Source of the DNA: Promethearchaeota archaeon
GTDB taxonomy: Archaea > Asgardarchaeota > Lokiarchaeia > Sigyniarchaeales > SOKP01
Assembly: GCA_048940445.1 (NCBI GenBank)
Contig: JBHLON010000041.1
Coordinates: forward strand, 1-27,452
Length of the DNA stretch: 27,452 nucleotides
Reading direction: 5' to 3'
Positions within the stretch are counted from its first letter, which is position 1; each line of letters starts with the position of its first letter. Positions 16,495 to 24,856 of the stretch are shown piece after piece. A program made the translations under genes and the position numbers. A model generated the notes under the pieces. That model had not been told where the DNA came from. It was given only the letters and a program-made list of their open reading frames with translations, and did not search any database.

Positions 16495-17913
16495 TTAAAG
16501 TGATTTTATTGCTTCTCTGAGAGAATCTTCGAAAAGTTCGCATATTCTATCAGTTTCTTCATCATTTATAATTAGAGGGGGTTTTATTTTTAAGGTGTTT
16601 TGAATATAATACCCCGCTGTGGACATAATCTGCATTTGCTCACCAAAAAATATCCCATTTTTCCACCCTACATGAATTATCCTATTTAGTAATTCATTAT
16701 GAGGTTCTCGAGAGGTATTATCCTTTATGAATTCAACTCCAATGAATAAACCAGGTCCCCTGACATCTCCTATTTGTGGAATTTCTTCTGCTAGGTTTTT
16801 AATAAAGGACGAGATTTTTTTCCCTTGTTTTGCAGCATTTTCGGGAATTTGATGCTTTTGTAAAATTTCAATGTTAATTAAGCATGAGGCCATTGCTAGA
16901 GGAGGTGAAGAAAAAGTCGAGTGTTCTTCAAATTCTGTTAATGTGCGTAGTTTAGGTGAAGCGACAGTAATACCAATTGGAACACCAGCAGCCGCGGCTT
17001 TAGTTAAAGTCATAATATCTGGAGAAATATCTTTTCCATACCTAGATTTATACCATTCAGTAGCAAACATTTTACCTGTGCGTCCAAATCCCGTTTGGGC
17101 TTCATCATATATTAGCAGGATGTTATTATTTTTACATATTTGTTTCAAACCCATTAAAAAATCTACTGGAGCCGGAATTTGACCACCAGGACCTTGTATT
17201 GGTTCAATAATACATCCTATTGGAGTTCCGGTGGCATATAATTCAATCCTCTGTCGAACTATTTCTAAACATTCAAGACTACATGATTTATCGCGCTCTC
17301 CTCCAAATCCTTCTTTATAATTCCATGGACATCGATAACAATAAGGATAAAAGACTCTGAGCCAGTGTTCGCGTCCAAAACCTGAAAATCTCATGGGTAG
17401 GCGCTGCGAAGCTCCCATCATAACTAAGTTTGAACCGTGATAAGCCCTTCTAAACACTATAAATTGATCTCCCCTTTTATTATTAATCATCGCTAATCTC
17501 ATTGCACATTCAAGTGCCCATCCCCCTCCAGAATTATTAACACTAACTTTGCCACCTTTCAATTGACCAGGAGCGATCTCCGCCAACTTATTCGTAAATC
17601 TTATTCTAATCGGAGTTAGAAAATATGACCATGTATGAGTATTAATTTGGGACTGAAGACCTAATGTATAACTGATGTCCGGATTGTTATGTCCTAAATT
17701 GAATACCCAAGCTTGAGAGGTGCAATCTAAAATTTCACGACCTTCTTGAGTCTTGAAATAAACTGACCCTGGTACAGGACTACCTACAATTATATGCTCT
17801 CGAACATTTACTAATAGATGATTTTTGCGACATTTATCAATTTCTTCTTCAGTCAATGGGGCAGTTAATAAATTATGGATTTCCTCTTCTGTCAAATACT
17901 TTGTTTTATACAT
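16495..17913 (-). CDS. Class III PLP-dependent aminotransferase
   Basis: NLGHN, AYHG, IIEPIQGPGG, LIYDEAQTGFGRTG, PDIMTLTK (PLP Lys), DVRGPGLFIGVE, KIKPPL. Confidence 0.92.
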   Translation of the reverse strand: MYKTKYLTEEEIHNLLTAPLTEEEIDKCRKNHLLVNVREHIIVGSPVPGSVYFKTQEGREILDCTSQAWVFNLGHNNPDISYTLGLQSQINTHTWSYFLTPIRIRFTNKLAEIAPGQLKGGKVSVNNSGGGWALECAMRLAMINNKRGDQFIVFRRAYHGSNLVMMGASQRLPMRFSGFGREHWLRVFYPYCYRCPWNYKEGFGGERDKSCSLECLEIVRQRIELYATGTPIGCIIEPIQGPGGQIPAPVDFLMGLKQICKNNNILLIYDEAQTGFGRTGKMFATEWYKSRYGKDISPDIMTLTKAAAAGVPIGITVASPKLRTLTEFEEHSTFSSPPLAMASCLINIEILQKHQIPENAAKQGKKISSFIKNLAEEIPQIGDVRGPGLFIGVEFIKDNTSREPHNELLNRIIHVGWKNGIFFGEQMQIMSTAGYYIQNTLKIKPPLIINDEETDRICELFEDSLREAIKSL

Positions 17914-18177
17914 TTAACACCAACTACTTATTACAGAGATTATTATAGAATTTTAAAATTTCATTAAGAATTATTTAAAACCTTATTATATATAATAATT
18001 CTCTGAGAATTTTTATTGATATTACGAAAGTAAAGATTTTCAATATAAGCATTGAATTTCAATAAAGAATAGCTTAAAAAATCTTAATTTATTAAACCCT
18101 TATTTTTAAAAGTGTCATTTTAAACTTTTTTATGACAAAAGAGAAATTTAAAATATATAACATTGGAGGTTATTTAT

Positions 18178-18375
18178 ATGAAAAAAAGTCTTAAAGGTAT
18201 AAAGTCTAGAATTTATGATGATGCGATCATCACAAAAGCAAATGAAGAAAATGAGACAAATATGGATGAAAAAGAATTAGAAGAAGAAGAGGAAGACTGG
18301 GATAAAGAACTTAAAGAAGAGAAGGATAGAGGATACAATGATTATAATTGGTATGAAGGAGACTATGATTACTAA
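18178..18375 (+). CDS. Small highly acidic hypothetical protein (65 aa)
   Basis: Strong SD GGAGGT (18165-18170) 7 nt before ATG 18178; stop overlaps the stop of the convergent gene. Confidence 0.7.
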   Translation: MKKSLKGIKSRIYDDAIITKANEENETNMDEKELEEEEEDWDKELKEEKDRGYNDYNWYEGDYDY

Positions 18376-19619
18376 ACTTTTAAGGCAATAAAGTCAATAA
18401 TATCCATTACTTTTATTTTCTCTTGGACTTTTGAATCTAATTGCCTCCAAGCATCTAAGAGGTTCCCGATACAAAATGGGCAACTTGTCAGTAAGAATTC
18501 AGCATCAGTTTTTATTGCTTCTTGGATTCTTTCCATAGAGATTTTAATAGCTAAATCAGAAAATTGACTTTTTACTCCTCCTCCTGCTCCGCAGCACCAT
18601 GCATTGTTTTTATTTCTTTTCATTTCAATTAGTTCAATGTCGGGAATTTTATTTATAACTTCTCTTGGTATATCATATAGGTTCATATGGCGTCCTAAAT
18701 GGCAAGGATCATGGTATGTAACTTTAATTTTTTCTCCGTTTCCACTTTTAAACACAATTTCATTATTTCTTAGTAGATCTATTAAAATCTCTGTTATATG
18801 TTTTACTTCAAATGGTAATTCTTCACCTATTAATTCAGGATAATCTTTTTTCCATGTTCGATAACATCCTGCACATGCAGTAAATAAAACCTTAGCACCT
18901 TTACTTTTAAATGTCTCAATATTATGTTTGATTACTTCAGATAATGATTTTTCATCACCTATTCGCAAAGCTATAGAACCACAACACCATTCATCTCTAG
19001 ATATAGCTATATCCTTTTTTGCTACTCTTAAGATTTTCATCATATTCTTTAGAGTGTCAGTTTGTCTCAATGGTATAGTACATCCACCAAAAAACATTAA
19101 TTCTCCAGTTTCCTTAATCTCAGGAAATTGATTTATCCACTCGAATTTTTTCTTTCTATCTTCTCCGTATGGATTCCTCATCGTATCATTGTTCATATAT
19201 TCAATCAATTCAGTATGCCGTTCAAGCGGGGCAAATCCTGCTTCGATTAAATCTTTCCTTAGAGCCTCCCACACTTTAACGTGATCAATCCAATTACACG
19301 TAGGAAGAATTATATTCTCATTTTGAGACATATGGCAAACCTCTGTGCAGTTTTTGCACTCACTACACTGATAAACCCATTCAGCTAATTCCCTACTCAG
19401 AGGGATCTGCCCTTGCAATATACTTTTAAGAACATTCATTCTACCTCGCGAAAAGTAGATTTCAAATCCAGTATCTTCTTTTGCTTCTTTTACAGGACAA
19501 GTTAAATATCTCCCTACTGCAGGTCTAATGGCAAATCCGCAATCTCCGCATCCCATACATGAAAAAATGGCTTTCCATTCTTCTTTTAAATGTTTTAATT
19601 CACTCACTTTTTGATTCAT
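18372..19619 (-). CDS. Fe-S oxidoreductase with two CCG domains (GlcF/HdrD-like)
   Basis: CMGCGDC...CP, CSECKNCTEVC, FGGC, EWCCG, TACAGC, YHDPCHLGR, WCCGAGGG, TSCPFC; overlaps the upstream gene by 20 nt. Confidence 0.9.
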   Translation of the reverse strand: MNQKVSELKHLKEEWKAIFSCMGCGDCGFAIRPAVGRYLTCPVKEAKEDTGFEIYFSRGRMNVLKSILQGQIPLSRELAEWVYQCSECKNCTEVCHMSQNENIILPTCNWIDHVKVWEALRKDLIEAGFAPLERHTELIEYMNNDTMRNPYGEDRKKKFEWINQFPEIKETGELMFFGGCTIPLRQTDTLKNMMKILRVAKKDIAISRDEWCCGSIALRIGDEKSLSEVIKHNIETFKSKGAKVLFTACAGCYRTWKKDYPELIGEELPFEVKHITEILIDLLRNNEIVFKSGNGEKIKVTYHDPCHLGRHMNLYDIPREVINKIPDIELIEMKRNKNNAWCCGAGGGVKSQFSDLAIKISMERIQEAIKTDAEFLLTSCPFCIGNLLDAWRQLDSKVQEKIKVMDIIDFIALKV

Positions 19620-21126
19620 CCCAAAAATTGAATTTTCCTCTGCTTAATATCATGTTAGGATCTAACAACTTTTTTATGCCTTTCATTAAAGTGTAATATT
19701 CTTCTGAATATGCTCCGATATCAACCATCAAGCGAGACATATAATCCCCCATCATATACCATTGTACTCCATGTTCGGTAACCCTTTTCAATAGTGATTT
19801 CCATAATTTAATGTTCAACTCTTCAATCTCTTTGTATATTTTTCCATCATAATAACTCCAAAAACTGGTAAATCCGCAAGTAATTTCCACATTGTTACCA
19901 TCTATTAATAGAATAGGACCACTTCCTGATATAGGGCGTACTTTCGTTATTTCAAGTATTTTCCTCATATCAGTATCATGTTCTAAATCCCATTGATCTA
20001 TATCTTGCAAAATCACAGGAAATAGATTAATAGGGCAAAAACATTCAGATGTCAATGGTTGCAAAGTAGGAAATAATCCCCATAGGTTATGATAAAATTG
20101 CCAATATCCTTGTTCAGTATAATGCCATTTAGCAATATTTCCATCTGCTATTTCAGGACCTAAGTATTCTGATTTTGTATTTAAAATGATTTGATCTAAT
20201 ACTTTAACATTTTCTTCTAGTTCTTTTTCACTATTAGCCTCTATAGTGTAAAAAAGCATTCCTCTCTTTCTTTTTATATGTTCCCATAACGGAGAAAATC
20301 CTTGTTGAGTAGTAAGAGCCACGACAACATCAGGAATAAACATAGTATCATAAACATCAATTCCTTTAGCACGAATTTCAGTCATTATTTGAGCTGCTGT
20401 ATCAGCAGATTTTCGTGGCATCAGAAAAGTTTTATATTCTGCAAATTCTGGTTTAGGGAAGATTTGTAAAGAAATTTTTGTTTTAACTCCATAAATTCCA
20501 TTGTCCCCACAAAAAAGTCCGGTTAAATCAGGTCCATTCCCAAACCTATTAAAAGGGTGTTTAGAATGTTTATTTGACTGAGAACCGGTCTCAATAATTT
20601 CACCCGTAGGTAATACAACTTCTAATGAGACTAATTGATTCGTACAAGCTCCATACTTAGCACATCCTCCACCTCCGACAGAATGATGGGAGATTCCTCC
20701 CCCAATTGATGCAGACATTCCAGAACCAGGTCCCATACATCCAGTATAAAGACCATACTGGCATAGATATTCATTTAATTTTCCCCAAGAAATTCCAGCC
20801 TCAACTGTAACAATTAGGTTGTCTTGATCTAAATTAAGAAAGTTATTCATTCGTTTCATATCGAGAACAATACCACCATTTCCAATAGGTTTACTACCTC
20901 CAAATTCACAAATACCAGCACCGCGAGGTATTACTGGAATATTTTCTTCATTCGCAACTTTTAAAATTTCAGAGATCTCTTTAGCATCCTTAGGTCTAAT
21001 CACAACATCAGGTATACCCTGTAATACTAGATCTACATTTCTCGAATAAGCATGTCTCACATAAATACTATTTGAGATATTTTGTGTAGATACAATTTTC
21101 TCTAATTTTTGATAAATTTCTGTCAT
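19600..21126 (-). CDS. FAD-binding oxidoreductase (FAD_binding_4, GlcD/D-lactate dehydrogenase-like)
   Basis: PDVVIRP, IPVIPRGAG, LDMKRMN, VEAG, LEVVLPTGEII, GPDLTGLFCG..GI.GV.T, IKKLLDPNMIL. Confidence 0.88.
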   Translation of the reverse strand: MTEIYQKLEKIVSTQNISNSIYVRHAYSRNVDLVLQGIPDVVIRPKDAKEISEILKVANEENIPVIPRGAGICEFGGSKPIGNGGIVLDMKRMNNFLNLDQDNLIVTVEAGISWGKLNEYLCQYGLYTGCMGPGSGMSASIGGGISHHSVGGGGCAKYGACTNQLVSLEVVLPTGEIIETGSQSNKHSKHPFNRFGNGPDLTGLFCGDNGIYGVKTKISLQIFPKPEFAEYKTFLMPRKSADTAAQIMTEIRAKGIDVYDTMFIPDVVVALTTQQGFSPLWEHIKRKRGMLFYTIEANSEKELEENVKVLDQIILNTKSEYLGPEIADGNIAKWHYTEQGYWQFYHNLWGLFPTLQPLTSECFCPINLFPVILQDIDQWDLEHDTDMRKILEITKVRPISGSGPILLIDGNNVEITCGFTSFWSYYDGKIYKEIEELNIKLWKSLLKRVTEHGVQWYMMGDYMSRLMVDIGAYSEEYYTLMKGIKKLLDPNMILSRGKFNFWDESKSE

Positions 21127-21202
21127 AATTTTAACTAAAATGGCTAACTTTATGATCTTACTAATTTAATTTAATAAAAATTAATTCTTTTATATTTATA
21201 AC

Positions 21203-21247
21203 TTAACCAATAAAAATTTTTATTTTTTAAATATCTTTATTGGTTAA
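21203..21247. promoter_or_regulatory. 12-bp inverted repeat between divergent genes
   Basis: TTAACCAATAAA (21203-21214), 21-nt spacer, TTTATTGGTTAA (21236-21247). Confidence 0.55.
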
Positions 21248-21279
21248 ATGCTAAAAACTCAATAAAGGTTTAGGGGAAT

Positions 21280-21876
21280 TTGAACAAGAATACAGGGTAT
21301 ACGATTAGATTTTTCATTTTTTTATTACTAATAATTCCCATTTTTCTTAATGTATTTTTAAAGTTTTTCTTTATTAGAGAAATAAATTTATTCATAATTC
21401 TGATTCTCATATTTGGATTTGTGGTTCTTTTTATACTCGGAAAGATCATTGAAATATATGGTTATAATGTAGAGACTGTCCATATCATTGAAAAACATGA
21501 CGTTATAAAATCTTTCATTAAAAGCAATAATAAACTTATTAGATGGTTAGAGTTTCTTTTAATTATGATTACTGAGGAACTAATCTTTAGATACTATTTA
21601 ATTGGCATCTTTTTCAATTTATTACACTTGGAAATACTGGTCGCGATTATTATATCAAGTTTAATCTTTTCATTTTATCATATCCATACATGGTTTTCTT
21701 ATAAAAATGTTAGAATAGTAGCTATTTTTCTCTTCTATTCTTTTTTTCTAGGGCTTTATAATGGATACCTTTTATTAACTTTAGGAATAATTCCATGTAT
21801 ATTTGTTCATTATACTTTAGCTTATATTTTGTATTATGGGATTTTTGTTCGATATTTTAAAAGAAGTTCGAATTAA
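21280..21876 (+). CDS. CPBP (Abi/Rce1, CAAX protease type II) intramembrane glutamic endopeptidase
   Basis: Several hydrophobic segments, EELIFR, FSFYH, C-terminal H (FVHYT). Confidence 0.85.
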   Translation: MNKNTGYTIRFFIFLLLIIPIFLNVFLKFFFIREINLFIILILIFGFVVLFILGKIIEIYGYNVETVHIIEKHDVIKSFIKSNNKLIRWLEFLLIMITEELIFRYYLIGIFFNLLHLEILVAIIISSLIFSFYHIHTWFSYKNVRIVAIFLFYSFFLGLYNGYLLLTLGIIPCIFVHYTLAYILYYGIFVRYFKRSSN

Positions 21877-21888
21877 AGGTGCTCAATA

Positions 21889-22761
21889 TTGGATTTATAT
21901 TTTCGAGAATTAAATAATGATGATATACCACAGATACTAGATATAACTAAAGATCTTTGGGAAGGTGAAGATTATGTTCCAAATGTGATTAAACAGTGGT
22001 TAAGGGATACAGATTGTTTAAATTATGGAGGATTCAAAGATAAAGCTACTACTCAATTGATAGGATTTGGTCGAGTTAAGATGTTTCCAAACAAAACAGC
22101 ATGGTTAGAAGGTGGGAGAGTTAAAGCTAATTTGCAGAAAAAAGGCATAGGAAAGGTTTTAATGAAACATGCTATAGATTATGCTAAAAAAGTCGGAGCT
22201 AAAGTCGCTCAATATGATACTTCTTCTGAAAATGTTGGTTCTTTAGCACTTGCTAAATTTTTTGGGTTTAAAGAAAAAAAGAGTATGGAAATTCTCGATT
22301 GTAAATCTGAAAACTTAATTATTCATAAAAGAGAGATTAAAAGAGTCAAAGAAGTATCTCTAAATGAGGCAATAGAGATATATAAAAAGGTAAATATTGG
22401 ACCTGGGAATGAGGTCTGCATTGGTTGGTCATTCGTGCCGCTGGATTATCTTAGAGATGAAAATTCAAATTGGTTTGTTAAAGACAATGCAATCCTGCAA
22501 AAAATTGAATTTAAATACCCTATCACCGAAGAAGGACCAGATAGCAAAGAATTATGGATGATAACTTATGGAAATGAATTAAATGTTAAAGATTTAATTG
22601 AATTTACCCTTTTAAACAAACTTAAAGCTAAAGAGAATGAAATATTTGTGATTTTTTGTAAACCTGAAATTGTGGAATTTGTAGAAAAATTAGGTTTTAC
22701 TTACACTCATTGGGAAAATAAACCTCTTCATGTTAAATTATTTGAAAAACTATTGAACTAA
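21889..22761 (+). CDS. GNAT family N-acetyltransferase
   Basis: WEGEDY.P, AWLEGGRV, QKKGIG acetyl-CoA motif, N..SLALAKFFGF; AGGTG SD and TTG start. Confidence 0.87.
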   Translation: MDLYFRELNNDDIPQILDITKDLWEGEDYVPNVIKQWLRDTDCLNYGGFKDKATTQLIGFGRVKMFPNKTAWLEGGRVKANLQKKGIGKVLMKHAIDYAKKVGAKVAQYDTSSENVGSLALAKFFGFKEKKSMEILDCKSENLIIHKREIKRVKEVSLNEAIEIYKKVNIGPGNEVCIGWSFVPLDYLRDENSNWFVKDNAILQKIEFKYPITEEGPDSKELWMITYGNELNVKDLIEFTLLNKLKAKENEIFVIFCKPEIVEFVEKLGFTYTHWENKPLHVKLFEKLLN

Positions 22762-22766
22762 GTATT

Positions 22767-22784
22767 GAAGCTAATATTAGCTTC
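22767..22784. promoter_or_regulatory. Perfect 18-bp palindrome, candidate operator
   Basis: GAAGCTAATATTAGCTTC is its own reverse complement and lies just upstream of a BRE/TATA-like GAGAAAGATCTTAAAT. Confidence 0.6.
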
Positions 22785-22830
22785 TGGGAGAAAGATCTTA
22801 AATGTTTTCTTAATTTAATGATATTCTGAA

Positions 22831-24141
22831 ATGATAACAAAAAATAGTAAGACCCAAGCAATTAGCCCTAGAATAATTAGACTTAGAGAGGAAATTAAAC
22901 TCTCAGGGGAAGATGCCGTTTCAAATTTTTGGAAAGAGATTGAAGAAAGTGGAACACCAATCTTTGAAAAAATTGAAGGAGATGATAAATATAACATCAT
23001 CACTTTTCTGGTTCGAGAAGAAGAGGAAGAAGCAAATATTATTTGTTATAATTTATTTGTTAATGATGATATAAAAGAAGGTTTACTTGAAAGAATTGAA
23101 GATACAAACATTTATTTCAAATCATATAAAATTCTTAAAGGAATACGAGACACATATTGCTTAAGTAAAAATAATCCACTTGAACCAAACAACCCAATCG
23201 AAAATTTGTTTAAGTTTGGAGACTTGGTTTTTTATGACCCTTTTAATTCCAAACTCCACCAATTCAAGGTAGATGGCTTCCAATTTCAATTGAATGAATT
23301 TGAATCTCCAGATGCACCCCCCCAACCTTGGTATGGGGAAAGAATTAATATAGATCATGGTAAAGTAGAAAAATTTACATCCTACAGTGAAGTATTAGAT
23401 AAAAAACGCAAAATCCTAGTTTATTCACCCCCACATTATTCTAAAAAGCATTCTCCTTACCATTTTCTTTTATTATTTGATGGAATAATATTTGAAGAAA
23501 TAGCAAAAACATCATCAACTCTCGATAATCTCATTGCGGATGACAAAATTCCTCCAGTAGTAGCTATTATGATAGAAAATTTCCTGCCTATAAGTATTGC
23601 TCAACGAGCTGCTGAATTACATCCGAACCCAAAATTCATGAGCTACATCATTACAGAATTAGTACCATGGATTCGAGAAAATTTCAATGTTACAACAAAT
23701 CCATCTCAATCTATTATTGCTGGAGCTAGTTATGGAGGAATCGCTTCTACATTTATAGCATTTAAACATCCAGAGATATTTGGTAATATCTTATCTATGT
23801 CAGGAACTTATTCTTGGTATCCAGGTGCAGAATTTTGGGTTCAACGAATAAAAGATCTTGACAATATTGAGCATTGGTGGACAAAACAGGATGAAAAGGA
23901 GCCAGAATGGCTTGTTCATCAATTTGCTCAAAGCGAGAAATTACCTTTAAAAATTTATCTTGATGTAGGTGTTCTTGAGGAAACAAATGATGTAAATTTA
24001 CTTAATTCTAACCGGAATTTCCGTACAACATTACAAGATAAGGGATATAATGTTCATTACGTAGAATTTCAAGGCGGGCATGACATGGTATGTTGGCGAG
24101 GTTCAATAGCGGAAGGATTAATTTATCTAATAGGAATATAA
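22831..24141 (+). CDS. Enterochelin esterase (Fes)-like alpha/beta hydrolase
   Basis: FW.EIE..GTP..E, ITFL, DPFN, VYSPP, LFDG, LDNLIA..KIPP, GASYGG nucleophile elbow, FQGGHD..CWRG. Confidence 0.85.
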   Translation: MITKNSKTQAISPRIIRLREEIKLSGEDAVSNFWKEIEESGTPIFEKIEGDDKYNIITFLVREEEEEANIICYNLFVNDDIKEGLLERIEDTNIYFKSYKILKGIRDTYCLSKNNPLEPNNPIENLFKFGDLVFYDPFNSKLHQFKVDGFQFQLNEFESPDAPPQPWYGERINIDHGKVEKFTSYSEVLDKKRKILVYSPPHYSKKHSPYHFLLLFDGIIFEEIAKTSSTLDNLIADDKIPPVVAIMIENFLPISIAQRAAELHPNPKFMSYIITELVPWIRENFNVTTNPSQSIIAGASYGGIASTFIAFKHPEIFGNILSMSGTYSWYPGAEFWVQRIKDLDNIEHWWTKQDEKEPEWLVHQFAQSEKLPLKIYLDVGVLEETNDVNLLNSNRNFRTTLQDKGYNVHYVEFQGGHDMVCWRGSIAEGLIYLIGI

Positions 24142-24221
24142 AGATTATCAATAGAGATCAGGATTTATACTATCAAGAAGAACTCAATGATCTTATAATA
24201 TTAAATAATTAAAAAAAAAGA

Positions 24222-24746
24222 TCAATATTGTTCCATTTCAATCATATTAATCTTAAATCCTTTACCGCATAAGGCACAATACGCAATTCCTCTTTCAACT
24301 AATTGTTGTTGCATTCTCTCTGAAAATTGAGAACCACAAGCAGTACAATAAGCTGCTCTGGGGTCAATGACATCAAGTGGATCTTCAGAAATTTCAATTT
24401 TTGGGGCTTCAGGCTTCTGTTGTACTTTGGGAACTACTTCTTGTTCTTCTTTTTGTTCAACTGGACAACAAGATTTTCCGGAAATTACATAGTAAATTGT
24501 TTTAAATAGCTTATAAAAAAGAAGTCCAATGCCTTTTAAAAGAAGATAGACACCTTTTAAAATGTAATAAACTAGATAAACTACTCCTTTTAATATATAA
24601 TACACTGCAATAACAGTTAAAACTAGAACAGCAGCCATTCCAATAATAACTAAAATTTGACCATAAAGAGGAATACTTAGAAACCAATTCATAAACTCCT
24701 GCAAATAAATTAATGTGGTTTCAGCAACATAATTCCAATCTACCAT
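24222..24746 (-). CDS. Membrane protein with repeated YYILKG helix and C-terminal zinc ribbon
   Basis: Hydrophobic N-terminal half, CTAC...CALC; AAGGTGAT SD. Confidence 0.8.
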   Translation of the reverse strand: MVDWNYVAETTLIYLQEFMNWFLSIPLYGQILVIIGMAAVLVLTVIAVYYILKGVVYLVYYILKGVYLLLKGIGLLFYKLFKTIYYVISGKSCCPVEQKEEQEVVPKVQQKPEAPKIEISEDPLDVIDPRAAYCTACGSQFSERMQQQLVERGIAYCALCGKGFKINMIEMEQY

Positions 24747-24856
24747 TTATTTATCACCTTAATTTAGAATTAAACTTTCAATGTTTAAATGAAAACTGTT
24801 TATAGTGGATTAAAAAAAATTTGGAGTCCAGTTTTTAGCCAAAATTGATTAATTAT

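Noticed and set aside
18178-21876. RiPP cluster linking the acidic peptide, the CPBP protease and the radical SAM triplet
   Set aside because: The genes are more than 13 kb apart in different transcription units, with no RRE/SPASM domain or transporter.
7021-24509. Other short overlapping ORFs (7021, 7699, 11041, 13877, 14200, 14972, 16871, 18604, 18928, 22815, 23161, 23795, 24327)
   Set aside because: All lie antisense to well-supported genes, mostly with Ser/Phe/Ile-rich shadow composition and no motifs.
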